The notes: generated from the sequence alone by a model not told the origin. A DNA stretch of 63,937 nucleotides, filler included, from Octopus bimaculoides (GCF_001194135.2; 9 parts of 8 records of this genome joined end to end with filler, not necessarily neighbours in it); one strand, 5' to 3'; shown: positions 13,100 through 26,710, counted from the first letter of the whole stretch. Made by a program: numbers and translations.

Positions 13100-14010
13100 C
13101 GGATTGGCAGAATTGTTTAAGAGTTGGATGAATTGCTTTGTATCATTTGTTCCGTCTCTTTATGTCGTGAGTTCGAATCCCGTCTTGTATTGTATCTACC
13201 CCTCCAGGTGCCAATAAAATACAGTACCAGTGAAATACATGAATCGAAGGTGTCGGCTAAAAGGCTTCCGTCAAAATTGCTGGCTTTCGGTCTAAATCCG
13301 AAACCATTATTAGTTAGGCTGCGAGCTGGCAGAATCGTTAGCACGCCGGGCGAAATGCTTAGCGGTATTTCGTCTGCCGCTACGCTTTGACTTTGCCTTT
13401 CACCCTCTCAGGGTCGATTAAATAACCAGTTACGCACTGAGGTCGATGCAATCGACTCAATCTCTTCCCCCAAATTTGAGGCCTTGTGCTTCCAGTAGAA
13501 ACGATTATTAGTTAGGTGGCGAGCTGGATTGCTTAGCAGTATTTTTCCGTATTTACGTTCTGAGTTCAAATCCCACCGAGGTCGACATTGCTTTCCTTCT
13601 TGATGAAATAAGTTATTGTTGTTGGCACTCCGTCGCTTATGACGTCGAGGGTTCCAGTTGATCCGATCAACGGAACAGCCTGCTCGTGAAATTAACGTGC
13701 AAGTGGCTGAACACTCCACAGACACGTGTAACCTTAATATAGTTCTCGGGGATATTCAGCGTGACACAGTGTGACAAGGCTGGCCCTTTGAAATAAAGAG
13801 TGAGAGAAAGTTGTGGTGAAAGAGTACAGCAGGGTTCGCCACCATCCCCTGCCGGAGCCTCGTGGAGTTTTGGGAATCTAAACCGCGATCCTATGACCGC
13901 GAGTCCGCTGCCTTAACCACTGGGCCATTACGCCTCCACGATGAAATAAGTACCAGTTAGAGAACTAGAGTCGATGTAATCGATTATCCCCTTCCCTCTC
14001 TTTGTGCTTA
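13100..14010 (+). mobile_element. Array of family B SINEs; the last copy is split by a family C insertion
   Basis: Three successive ggcgagctgg/gcagaat heads; the third copy resumes at 13951 (taccagttag..gtcgatgtaatcga). Confidence 0.8.
13613..13939 (-). mobile_element. tRNA-derived SINE family C with an 11-bp TSD
   Basis: Minus-strand head gtggaggcgtaatggcccagtggttaaggcagcggactcgcgg; TSD gatgaaataag at 13602-13612 and 13940-13950. Confidence 0.9.
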
Positions 14011-14778
14011 TAATAGAAAGGATTATTATTATTATTGATATAACTACTAGATTTGACGAAAGCAAGATATCTATTATTATGCACACAGTCCAGTGACTGA
14101 AGATTAGGTTTTAGTATCAGCTTGAGCCACAGTCCTGACTACGAAGCCTGTTCTCGCTCACCAACTGTCAGATCTTCATTTGACTGCAGTCAAGCCTCTT
14201 AGAATAAACACAGATGTTTTATTTTCTTTTTATTGGAAAAATTTACGGAAGAAAAGGGAGAAAAGAGAAAAAGACAGCGAGAACGGGAGAGAAGTGGGGA
14301 TAGCTGTAAGCATTTAGAAGCGAACGCTATTTTCGAGTAGATGTATATACGCATCTGTTTGTAATGGACAAGGCATTTGTTGTATTTAATGCTAAATAAG
14401 CTTTTAAAGAAAGCCACACCGTTTACATTACGAGGATAACGAAATCGATTCCTAAAATGCCAAAGAGATATATGCACTTTATAAAAACGAATCTTAGCAG
14501 AAACCTAGGCTGTTCAGTGATGTTTCAGAAATTGGCCTTTGATCCGTTGAATATCACGTGACTATACCGTGCTATGTCGGTTTTTGTTGTGGGTGGATGT
14601 GTTGGTTAAGAGGCTGAAGTGTATCTCGTAACTACGTAATTCTGTACGCATTTCTCGTTGCATGGCAGGCACTTTTGATGTCTTCTGCCATAAGCTTTGA
14701 GTTGACCAATACCTTGTGAACGAAATCTGATGGACGGAAACTGTTTGGAAGCCTGATTCTCTCTCTCTCTCTCTCTCG

Positions 14779-14864
<86 letters not shown>

Positions 14865-15024
14865 GTGTATGTGTGCATGTGTAGGCACACGTGATTTCTC
14901 GTTCAATACCACTGCGTGGCACTTAGCGTCTTCTACTACAGCATCAGATATTTAATGCCTTGTGTGAAAACTGTATGGAAGCTCGTCGCCATTACATATA
15001 TGCATACATATATACATACATGTA

Positions 15025-15175
15025 TATTCTTTTACTTGTTTCAGTCATTTAACTGTGGCCATGCTGGAGCACCACCTTTAGTCGAGCAAATCGACCCTAG
15101 GACTTATTCTTTGTAAGCCTTGTACTTATTCTATCGGTCCCTTTTGGCGAACCGCTGAGTTACGGGGACCTAAAC
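15025..15175 (-). mobile_element. SINE family A tail, truncated by a gap
   Basis: cttttacttgtttcagtcatttaactgtggccatgctggagcaccacc.. Confidence 0.85.
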
Positions 15176-15668
15176 NNNNNNNNNNNNNNNNNNNNNNNNN
15201 NNNNNNNNNNNNNNNNNNNNNNNNNNNNNNNNNNNNNNNNNNNNNNNNNNNNNNNNNNNNNNNNNNNNNNNNNNNNNNNNNNNNNNNNNNNNNNNNNNNN
15301 NNNNNNNNNNNNNNNNNNNNNNNNNNNNNNNNNNNNNNNNNNNNNNNNNNNNNNNNNNNNNNNNNNNNNNNNNNNNNNNNNNNNNNNNNNNNNNNNNNNN
15401 NNNNNNNNNNNNNNNNNNNNNNNNNNNNNNNNNNNNNNNNNNNNNNNNNNNNNNNNNNNNNNNNNNNNNNNNNNNNNNNNNNNNNNNNNNNNNNNNNNNN
15501 NNNNNNNNNNNNNNNNNNNNNNNNNNNNNNNNNNNNNNNNNNNNNNNNNNNNNNNNNNNNNNNNNNNNNNNNNNNNNNNNNNNNNNNNNNNNNNNNNNNN
15601 NNNNNNNNNNNNNNNNNNNNNNNNNNNNNNNNNNNNNNNNNNNNNNNNNNNNNNNNNNNNNNNNNNNN

Positions 15669-15718
<50 letters not shown>

Positions 15719-16289
15719 TTGCGTGTCTGTGTTTCTGCTTGTCTCTTCACAGCTTGATAACCGGTGTTGCTGTTTTCACTTGCGACTAAAAGAACCCGAT
15801 AGAATAAGTACCAAACTTAAAAATTATGTAGTGGTGCAGATCTGTTCGACTAGCTCCACAAGGGTGGAGGGTGGGGGACGTCCAGTATGGCCACTGAGTG
15901 GAACAAGTAAAAGAAAGAAAAGAAGCAACAAAAGAATTCGCAAGCTAACAACTAAACATGGCACGCAACTTGCGACTAGCTTATAACAAGGTGTGGCTAC
16001 TAGATACATGAGATATGAAAAAAAGTAGACAACCAGGGTTGTGTATGCTTCAGATCTGTGCTATTAGAAGTTAGTTCTTAAGTTATGCCACTACAATTTA
16101 ATTCGCAAAGAGATAAAAGCTCTCAAAGTATAAATAAAAAATAATTAATATTTTAAAGATAATGAACAAAATGGCGGCTAAAAGGAATGTTGCAGTGTAT
16201 TCTGATTGGTTGGCTGAGTCGGTGTTAGTCGTTAGCAACTATTTTAATCAAAGCTGGAATTTTTGTGAGCGATGAGGAGGAGGTGGTGG

Positions 16290-16830
16290 TGGCGGTGAGT
16301 TGGTAGAGTCGTTAGAGCGGCGGCAAAAGGTATCATGTGGAATTTAGTTACGGTCCTTTAGATTCTAATTTCAAATCTTACAACGCTCAATTTTTGTCTT
16401 TCGGCTTTCTCAGATTGGATAACTGCTTCCAGTTTTGGCACAAGACCGGCAGTTATAAGGGTGGGACTACGTCGATTCCAGTGACCTCCATGCTCAACTG
16501 GTACTTAATTTATCGACCTCGAAAGAACGAAAGGCAAAGTCCACCTTAGAACCACTTAAACTAAAAAAGTAAAGCTAGAAAAAATGCATCTAAGTATTTT
16601 GTCCCGTGTTCTAACGATTCTGCTAGCTCGCCATCTTCTTCTCAGAATTGAACGTCCGAAGAAATACCTTCGAGTATTTATCACGGCTTTTTATATTCTG
16701 GGTTGAAATTCTGCCGAGGCCAACTTTGCTTTTTATTCCTCCGGGGTCGATAATGTTCCAGTGTAAATACTAAGTATCGATGGTGTGGATTGAACCTTTC
16801 CTCTCAGGATTACTGGCCTTTGCCTCTAAA
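16290..16830. mobile_element. Cluster of decayed family B SINEs in both orientations
   Basis: Core blocks on plus (16290-16420, 16650-16830) and minus (16420-16640). Confidence 0.65.
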
Positions 16831-17160
16831 TAAAAAGCATTTTTCAATTCTGCAATTTCCGTTTCTTATTCAGAGACAAATTATTGCTACAAATTATATA
16901 CATATGCCATCATGTACATAGCAACCATCAACACCATGGAATGATATGTAAATCTAATACAGATAAACGTTGTCAATGTCGTTGTTGTTGTTGGTGGGAG
17001 TGGTGTTGCTATTGCTACTGTTATTGTTGCTGTTGGTGGTGATGCTGGTGATGCTGTTACTACTGTTACATGAATTCGCCTACTTGTTTGTAGGAGTGTA
17101 AAAGGAAATATATACATATATGTGTGTGTGTGTGCATGTATATAATCTTTTCTTTCTTTT

Positions 17161-17535
17161 ATTCTTTTACTTTTTTCAGTCATTTGACTGCGGCCATGCT
17201 GGAGCACCGCCTTTAGTCGAACAAATCGACCTCAGGACTTAATTTTTGTAAGCTTAGTACTTAATCTATTGATCTCTTTTGCCGAACCGCTAAGTTACGG
17301 GGACGTAAACACACCAACATCGGTTGTCAAGCGATGGTGGGGGGACAAACACAAACACAGAAATACATAATACACGCACACATATACGATGGGCTTCTTT
17401 CAGTTTCCGTATATCAAATCCACTCACAAGCTTTGGTCGGCCCGAGGCTATAGTAGAAGACATTCGCCCAAGGTGCCACACACTGAGACTGAACCCGGAA
17501 TCATGTAGTTGGGAAACAAGCTCCTTACCACACAG
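17161..17535 (-). mobile_element. SINE family A, near full length
   Basis: Colinear reverse complement of 30390-30838, including the tRNA-like head. Confidence 0.9.
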
Positions 17536-18851
17536 GATCAAAACAGTTTCAATTCAAATTCCCAATGGGTGAAGATTAGCATCAGACTTAAAACTCGGAG
17601 TACTAACGATTTTGAATCAAACTGCTTTGATCCATACATGTAACTCGCAATAAATGTGTTGAGTGCCCTACTTCGTTTGTTCACTCACTTGTATATATAT
17701 ATATATNNNNNNNNNNNNNNNNNNNNNNNNNNNNNNNNNNNNNNNNNNNNNNNNNNNNNNNNNNNNNNNNNNNNNNNNNNNNNNNNNNNNNNNNNNNNNN
17801 NNNNNNNNNNNNNNNNNNNNNNNNNNNNNNNNNNNNNNNNNNNNNNNNATATACATACATACATACATATACAACCCAGCAGCTATCCGAAAACCAGCTT
17901 CCAGCACCATGTAAATTTTGCAAAAAAAATTGAACAGAATTGATATAATGAAAGATTAATTTAATTTAATTTAATTCAATTTATTTCCCCCTTTCTCTTA
18001 CTGAAAGACTAAATTGTCGTATGAGAATGATTGAAACCAGTGGTATATTTTGATAAAAATGCAAATATTTTCTTTTTGTTTAATATGTGTGTATGTATGT
18101 ATATTTGTGTGGGTGTATGTATATATGAAAGGGTTTTCCTACGAGTCAATGGAATATGAAAAGATTGTAAATACGTAAATATAATAGAATTTAAATAAAC
18201 CAATAGAAAATATAACTGCCCTGTGTTAAGAAAACGAGAAATATTGACACACAAACGCGCGCGCACAAAACATATCTAATATGTACGTACATATATGTAT
18301 GTGTCCATACTCCTTTCCATTTTTCTTGGTGTATGTGTGTGTGCTCGTGCGTGTGTGTATGTGCGTGTGTGTATACGTCGGTGCTTGTGTGTGGGCGCGT
18401 ATGGAATATCTATGTGTCGTAAAAAGGCGCAAATTCCTCAAATAAACAAAATGTATGAACTTTATGTATGTATGCATGTATGTATGTATGCATGTATGTA
18501 TGTATGCATGCATGTATGCATGTATGTATGTATGTATGTATGCATGTATGTATGTATGTATGTATGCATGTATGTATGTATGTATGAATGTATGTATATG
18601 CATGTATACACACACATATATATATATACATATACACTCATATATGTGTACAAGGAGAAAGAACGAGATAGACATTTATATAAATGCATATATACATATA
18701 TATTTGTGTGTGTGTGCGTGCGTGTGTATATATATATATATATATATATATNNNNNNNNNNNNNNNNNNNNNNNNNNNNNNNNNNNNNNNNNNNNTTAAT
18801 TAATTAANNNNNNNNNNNNNNNNNNNNNNNNNNNNNNNNNNNNNNNNNNNN

Positions 18852-18892
<41 letters not shown>

Positions 18893-19002
18893 GTAGAAAT
18901 GGGTACATACACATATATATAAACGTATGCAGGTACATACACTCACACATTTATGTAAGCATGTGCACTATACATACTTACATACGTTATATATACATAC
19001 GC

Positions 19003-19256
19003 AAAACACAAGTTCATGCGCGGTTTCCACGCTTTAGGAATGGTCACTTATCGCTCGATGACCAGCCTCGTTCAGGACCACCGTCGCCACCCGAACGAAT
19101 GAAAACATCACGAAGATTAATGAAATGCTCGTGCAGGACAACTGACCAAACTGGACAACTGACGAACTTATTAGTATGGCCGGTGTCCCCTGGAGCTCTT
19201 GACCAACGAATTTTGAGTGATGAATTGCGGAAAAATACGTGCCCTGCTTGCTCCCG
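19003..19256 (+). mobile_element. Mariner transposase N-terminal (HTH) pseudogene fragment
   Basis: RFRNGHLSLDDQPRSGPPS, then after a frameshift TRTNENITKINEMLVQDN*PNWTTDELISMAGVPWSS*..RILSDELR; matches the mariner SLED.PRSGRP...I...L motif; stops and frameshifts. Confidence 0.8.
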
Positions 19257-19472
19257 AAAGAGTCATGAACTCCCTATAAAAATAGGGTAAGCTTCGAACG
19301 CTAGTCATCAGAAAGACAGCTACGACATAAGCCTCGTCTTTCTATTTGAACTTTTTTTCAAAACTTAACTGTGAAGCCAGTTAAATCTTTGAATATATTA
19401 ATTAAAAAATATTTTAATTACTCTCAGTGCATTTTCAACTTCTATCTTTCCTATATGTATAGGAGGAATTTC

Positions 19473-19622
19473 AACCATGTTTCGTGGTCTGCTACCACAA
19501 CAGCTCCTTTATAGGATCCAGTTAGCTCAAGACATCATCAGGAGGAACCACGTCCGGTTTCGGCCCCTACTCCTCTACCGTTTTGACGTGGCGGGGCCAC
19601 CCCCTTTCGGAGGTGTCTTCAG
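19473..19622 (-). ncRNA. Structured element with two tandem hammerhead-like cores
   Basis: CUGAAGA..hairpins..GAAAC followed directly by CUGAUGA..~50 nt..GAAAC-AUG-GUU; 7-bp GAAA-tetraloop hairpin; stem I pairing weak. Confidence 0.35.
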
Positions 19623-20719
19623 CTCTGGTGTTGGGTGCATGTCTTCTTTCACTGTTTGTGACTGTTCTAATAATATAGATCTAATCAAAAGATTAAATGT
19701 GGTACTTAAAATGTTTGTAGCACCAGAATTTGGTAGGGTAAAATCCCAAAACAAAATCAAGAGATTTGGTGAATTAAATTTGAAGAAAAGCAACAAAAAG
19801 GTATTAGGNNNNNNNNNNNNNNNNNNNNNNNNNNNNNNNNNNNNNNNNNNNNNNNNNNNNNNNNNNNNNNNNNNNNNNNNNNNNNNNNNNNNNNNNNNNN
19901 NNNNNNNNNNNNNNNNNNNNNNNNNNNNNNNNNNNNNNNNNNNNNNNNNNNNNNNNNNNNNNNNNNNNNNNNNNNNNNNNNNNNNNNNNNNNNNNNNNNN
20001 NNNNNNNNNNNNNNNNNNNNNNNNNNNNNNNNNNNNNNNNNNNNNNNNNNNNNNNNNNNNNNNNNNNNNNNNNNNNNNNNNNNNNNNNNNNNNNNNNNNN
20101 NNNNNNNNNNNNNNNNNNNNNNNNNNNNNNNNNNNNNNNNNNNNNNNNNNNNNNNNNNNNNNNNNNNNNNNNNNNNNNNNNNNNNNNNNNNNNNNNNNNN
20201 NNNNNNNNNNNNNNNNNNNNNNNNNNNNNNNNNNNNNNNNNNNNNNNNNNNNNNNNNNNNNNNNNNNNNNNNNNNNNNNNNNNNNNNNNNNNNNNNNNNN
20301 NNNNNNNNNNNNNNNNNNNNNNNNNNNNNNNNNNNNNNNNNNNNNNNNNNNNNNNNNNNNNNNNNNNNNNNNNNNNNNNNNNNNNNNNNNNNNNNNNNNN
20401 NNNNNNNNNNNNNNNNNNNNNNNNNNNNNNNNNNNNNNNNNNNNNNNNNNNNNNNNNNNNNNNNNNNNNNNNNNNNNNNNNNNNNNNNNNNNNNNNNNNN
20501 NNNNNNNNNNNNNNNNNNNNNNNNNNNNNNNNNNNNNNNNNNNNNNNNNNNNNNNNNNNNNNNNNNNNNNNNNNNNNNNNNNNNNNNNNNNNNNNNNNNN
20601 NNNNNNNNNNNNNNNNNNNNNNNNNNNNNNNNNNNNNNNNNNNNNNNNNNNNNNNNNNNNNNNNNNNNNNNNNNNNNNNNNNNNNNNNNNNNNNNNNNNN
20701 NNNNNNNNNNNNNNNNNNG

Positions 20720-20918
20720 ATGGTGGTGGCGGTAGTGGTCCTTGGTGGTGATGGTGGTGGCGGTAGTGGTCCTTGGAGGTAGTGGTAGTGAGAGTAGTGG
20801 TCTTTGGTGGTAGTGGTGGTGGTCGGGGTCGTGGTGGCGGTAGTGGTCTTTGGTGGTGATGGTGGTGGCGGTAGTGGTCCTTGGTGGTAATGGTGGTGGC
20901 GGTAGTGGTCCTTGGAGG
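20720..20918. repeat. GGT-rich ~30-bp minisatellite
   Basis: ggtggtggcggtagtggtccttggtggtgat repeated with variants between two gaps. Confidence 0.85.
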
Positions 20919-21078
20919 NNNNNNNNNNNNNNNNNNNNNNNNNNNNNNNNNNNNNNNNNNNNTTAATTAATTAANNNNNNNNNNNNNNNNNNNNNNNNNN
21001 NNNNNNNNNNNNNNNNNNATATATATGTTTGTGTGTCTCTCTCTATATATATATATGTTTGTATATATGTATACACAG

Positions 21079-21110
<32 letters not shown>

Positions 21111-21254
21111 GTATATACACACACACTTACATATATGTATATATACACACACGCACTTACATATATACATACATACAGATATCTTTATATATATATATAT
21201 ATACACATATATATGTATGTAAAAATATATATCAAACACAAGCACAAACACACA

Positions 21255-21299
<45 letters not shown>

Positions 21300-22052
21300 G
21301 CGTACACATACATGAAAGTAGGCAAGAATACATTCATGTGTGCTTCTACACTCATTTCTGTATGTGTGCCTATTGACACACACAATTACAAATGTGTAGA
21401 TGTCTTTATTTTCGTCCGTCAGTCAAACTAACTCGCCCGTAAGCGCGTATGTAAGCCGCAATATGGGGGTCGTGTATATGCGTCGCTTTACAGGCGCATT
21501 TCAGTTTGTTTCCATGCATGTATGTGTTTGTGTGTGTGTGTGTGTGTGTGTNNNNNNNNNNNNNNNNNNNNNNNNNNNNNNNNNNNNNNNNNNNNNNNNN
21601 NNNNNNNNNNNNNNNNNNNNNNNNNNNNNNNNNNNNNNNNNNNNNNNNNNNNNNNNNNNNNNNNNNNNNNNNNNNNNNNNNNNNNNNNNNNNNNNNNNNN
21701 NNNNNNNNNNNNNNNNNNNNNNNNNNNNNNNNNNNNNNNNNNNNNNNNNNNNNNNNNNNNNNNNNTGTATGTATGTATGTATGTATGTATGTATCTATAC
21801 ATATACCTTTATATATATATGTATGTATATATATATATACGCATATATAAACACACACATACACACACCCACACTCACGCATGTACATACATAAAACTGA
21901 AGTTGATGGCTTGATTGTAAATCTCACTGTGTATTGTGAGGGTGGTTTGTGCTGGGGTGGGGTAGGATTGGGGTTAATGATGGGGGCGCATGGAATGCTC
22001 GTGACGTATGAGTGGTGGGTGAAGGGCGGGGGCTGGCGAAGTGTTAATGCCT

Positions 22053-22105
<53 letters not shown>

Positions 22106-22995
22106 TTTGCTTGTGTTTATAGTGATGATGGCAGTGCTGATAGGTGTGGGTGTGTGGTGACGTTAGTGATTTTGAGGCGGCGGCAGCGTTGATGAGGATA
22201 AATGGTGGCGAGTGGGGGGTGTTAGTGGTGTCGAGCTGGAATGTAATGATATTGGTTCTCAGATGAAAAGCAGCAGGAATAAACAGAGAAGTGCCGAAAC
22301 AAGAATCAACCATTGCGCAGGCAAACTGCAATCCAACGGTAAACATTATGGCGTCACTGTGAAGAAAATGGCGGAAAACTTAAGTCTAGTTTGTTGAAAT
22401 GTTTGGGTTTTCTCCAAATATACATAGATACAATGCCACCTTAAGCAAACGGACAATTTCGGCTTTTCTTTAAGTCTTCCAGACAAATGTGATCTATAAT
22501 GACAAGACGTAGTCATTGGTCTTCTCACTCATCTCGGCTTTAGATATAAATTTGGGAATAAGGATGTAGGTTTGGTGTTTTAATAAAACTAAACAGACAG
22601 CTACATTTAGGTATTTGCGTCGGTGAAAAGTATGTTTAATTATTTTGAATAAAATAACATGAAACAGCTGTTTCGCTGATGAAGCCATAATAAGTTTCAA
22701 ACAGGCTTGGAGTTGTCTTCTTCCTAACTGAAATAACAAATATATTAGGAAGGGATTAATATGGAGTATTCTTGTTGTTGTTGTCGTTTTTTCCTCATTA
22801 TATAATTATTTTCAATTATCTAATTACGAAATCACAGCACATTATTTGCTTTGCTCTCATCACCCATCTTCCGTTCAGAGATATACTTCAGAAAACAGCC
22901 GCAGTAATTTTGCCTTTCAACAATGTATAATATACATTACACATTATATAAACATGGCTATTCTAAATTAATACTGCTTCTGTTGCATATGACAG

Positions 22996-23099
22996 GTTTC
23001 TTTTCCAACGAAGCAGCATTTCGCAATGTCAGTGAATAATTTATGCACTACTTCCTATATATCTGAGGCGAAAAATCTCGTCTACGCATGCAGTTGGTT
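22996..23099 (+). CDS. Candidate exon (phase 0-2; VSFPTKQHFAMSVNNLCTTSYISEAKNLVYACSW)
   Basis: Acceptor ..atatgacag, strong donor GTGAGT, only one frame open; phase-compatible with 26064-26150. Confidence 0.2.
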
Positions 23100-23358
23100 G
23101 TGAGTCCAAGTTACTGACAAGGCCCAATGACGCCGAAATGCATCTGGTGCCATTGTCTATCGAAGATATTGTATTTCAAACATACATACATGCATGCATG
23201 CATACACACGTAGATATATATCATGTATATTTATATATGTGTGTGTGTATATATTTATATATAAATATATATATATATACATACACACACACACATACAC
23301 ACACACATACACACACACACGCGCGCACAAACACACACACATATCTTCAGACGAATAC

Positions 23359-23459
23359 CGTAGTAAATTTGCTTTTCACTCGAGGACAACACCTTTCTTC
23401 CCACCACGTTCACTTTCCTTTTCAAGTGAAACTCGAAGTTAATGAAGGTTGTACGAATG
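23359..23459 (-). CDS. Candidate exon (IRTTFINFEFHLKRKVNVVGRKVLSSSEKQIYY)
   Basis: Acceptor tttgtcctcaccaccag, donor G|GTATTC, only one frame open. Confidence 0.2.
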
Positions 23460-24470
23460 CTGGTGGTGAGGACAAATGAGCAATATAAACGTATTTATAA
23501 AACAGGCTTTTTTTTTTATATTAATTTATAGTCAATTTCATAAAAAGTACCACAGACATTTTCAAACAGCCACAATACGCAATTCAAACGTCCCTCTATA
23601 CTCACATGTTATATTTCTTAATATATATACACCACCAATACTCTGAACAAACAAACTCCTTTCTTTTATATCCCCGCCTTATCTAACTCTGACATTTGTG
23701 AATTCCTTTAGATAGTTACTCCGCCATTGTCATCCAACACTCCCTAACACCGCTTTACAATAATTCCAACCCCACAGCTAAAAGTTGTTTTTGCAAACTC
23801 ATCCCTTATGACCACAGACATACATATGCACACATGTACATGCGCGTATATGTGCATATACATACGTACACACACCCACACACTCTCATTCACTGTTCCT
23901 CTTCTTTTCTTTCTCTCTCTCTCTCTTTATTCTCTATTTTTTCGCTCTCGTTTACACTTTGTCTTTTTCTCTCGTTTCCATCTTCTTTTTCCTTCAGCTT
24001 CTCTGTCTTTCCTTCCACTATCACTCTTTCTCTGCCATGTTTCTCTCATCCTCTCCCTCTCTCTTTCAACTCTCCATACCTCTCTTGTCTCTCTCACTCT
24101 CTCTCTCTTTCTCTGTTACCTCTCACGCTTTCTCTTTCTCTCTCTCTCTTCCTCACACGTAACTTATTCCACTCACATTCTCATCTTAGTACACACACAC
24201 ACACACACACACACACCATATATATATATATATACATACACACACACAAGAACATACATTCACACCGACGGAACCCCGCTCCACTCCCATCCACAATTCA
24301 TTACAACCACTTCACCATATCTTTCTCTGTTTCTCTCCCTCTCTCCCTCTCTATCTCTCTCTCTCTTCCTCTCTCTCTCTCTCTCCGTCTATACACATAT
24401 ACACACATTGATACACATATATGTGTGTATGTACGTATGTGTCTATATATATCCATGTATATGTACACAA

Positions 24471-24525
<55 letters not shown>

Positions 24526-24637
24526 CATATATATCTGTGTGTGTATATGTGTGTAATATGTATATTTATATATATGTGTGTGCATGTGTCTGTTATGCAT
24601 TCATATATACGTATCGTCAGTTGATCATGTATCTATG

Positions 24638-24672
<35 letters not shown>

Positions 24673-24776
24673 TTATATGTTTGTGTATGTGTAAATGTGT
24701 ACGTATAAATCCATCTATCCCACTCTCCCATACACATAAACATACACACACACGCACGTACATGCACACACACACA

Positions 24777-24813
<37 letters not shown>

Positions 24814-25066
24814 ACACATACGCACACATCCCTATTGCTACTGTGATCCTATCTGCTGTGATGCGCGATCTAATCCGACTGGAGCGATCTTTCGTGAAAT
24901 ATCAGTGATATTTAAGCGCCGGCGGCCACGGGCGTGCTGTTCGTCTTAGCTTGGTTGTCACGCTTGGATGGCAACCATCGACTCGTGTCGGTCGTTGGGC
25001 CAGCGATAAATGTCAAGTACTCCTGCTTGCTCTGCGCTCCGAGTCGAGGTGTCAGTCAGTCAGGCT

Positions 25067-25119
<53 letters not shown>

Positions 25120-25459
25120 TGTGGTTGTGGTGGTGGTGGTTGTTGTGGTGGTGGTGGTGGTGGTACACATGTGCGACGGTTATGCATGTAGTTAATGTTG
25201 TTACACACACCGACAGGCAGACAGTCAGAGAAAGATAGATTAATAGCTTGATAGACGGAGTATTTGAGAAAGAGAGGGGGGAAGAGAGAAAGAGAGATGC
25301 AGACAGATAGACAGATAGCTAAATAGAGAAACAGATGGGGAGGTCGAGAGACAAACAGACAGATACATAGAGGGATAGACAGACAAGTAATAGTTATGAA
25401 GATAGCTGTAAAGACAAACAGATGGGCTGATAGAGAGACAGACTGACAGACAAAGAAAC

Positions 25460-25515
<56 letters not shown>

Positions 25516-25723
25516 GTGTACATTTTGCTTATTACCAAAGATATTACATTCACACAAATATTTAGCAATGGTGCCGCCTTACCAGGAAACAGTATATTAT
25601 TTAGTAGATAACGCACTGTATAAAGAATTGATTGGTGAGATAACCAAAACACTAGACCGAAATGTTGGTCATAGAAGGAGACCACAATCATTAAGGGACT
25701 AAACTTAATTAGTGTGACAATTA

Positions 25724-25943
25724 TGGTTTCAAATTATGAAACAGGGTCAGCAATTTCGGGTGAGTGGGAAGTCGATTGCGTCGACCCCAGTGCTTACTGG
25801 TACTTACTTATTTTATCGAACTCTCGAAAGGATGAACGGTAAAGTTGATGACGGTGTGATTTGAACTCAGAGTGTAAAGATCTGGAATTAATACTGCTAA
25901 TCATTTTGCCCGACACTCTAACGATTCTGCTAACACACCGTTT
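25724..25943 (-). mobile_element. SINE family B
   Basis: Reverse complement of head plus core. Confidence 0.8.
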
Positions 25944-26063
25944 TCAATGGCTTCTGAATTAGGCATAAGGCCATCATTTTTGACGGGAGGGTATAATTGA
26001 TACCAACGACTTCAGTACCTGACTGGTACAGAATCAGTTGTCTCGCCTACTCATGACTTTCAG

Positions 26064-26296
26064 GTGTTTTAACATCACGGGTTTTAAGAGAGTAATCTCC
26101 ACCACGCTATGCAGCAGCCTACCGGCAAACACGAAGGAGATTCTGTTTCAGTATGTGTGGTCGACAATGTTTTATTACACTAATGCTGCTTCTATTTCGT
26201 ATTTGAATTTATTTTACCAGTCCCGAAAAAAAGACGGACATTGCAGTAAAGTTGCATGAAAATGGTGTCAGGCGTGGCATGCAGACCATCATATAA
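26064..26296 (+). CDS. Two candidate exons joined by a 70-nt intron (CFNITGFKRVISTTLCSSLPANTKEILF-H-PEKKTDIAVKLHEN..)
   Basis: Acceptor actttcag (26063); intron 26151-26220 = GTATGT..CACTAAT branch point..tttattttaccag; reading frame stays open across the junction. Confidence 0.35.
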
Positions 26297-26710
26297 CTTG
26301 TTTGATATTGCGTTTTTATTCTTCCTTTCCGTTATATTTTGACATGCGCATTGTATTTTTATTCTTCTCTTCGGTTTTACCTATTTCATGTGCACGTGCG
26401 CATTGTGTGTCCATTCATTTTTTTTTTTTCCGGTTCCTACTCAAAACATTTTACAGATGACAACCATCTCACCAACTGCGTTCGTGAGGAACGTTTCGCG
26501 CTCCGATGGTTGTGATAAAATGACCTCAGCAGAATTTGAACTCAGAAAGTAAAAAAACCAGAACCAATACCGCGAAGCATTTTTCCGATACTCTAATGAT
26601 TCTGCCAATTCACCCTCTCGGTGTCCTTAGACTAAGTTGTCTTCCAGTGCATTCTCGGATTAAAAGAAATTATAAAGCTGAATGTTCATTAGGGCAGAAG
26701 GTGATACGTT

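Noticed and set aside
18796-18807. TTAATTAATTAA recurring inside N runs (also 20963, 27058, 29083, 40880, 51695, 55937, 62572)
   Set aside because: Sits in a 44 N + 12 bp + 44 N = 100-bp block and gives stops in all six frames: an assembler gap spacer, not biology
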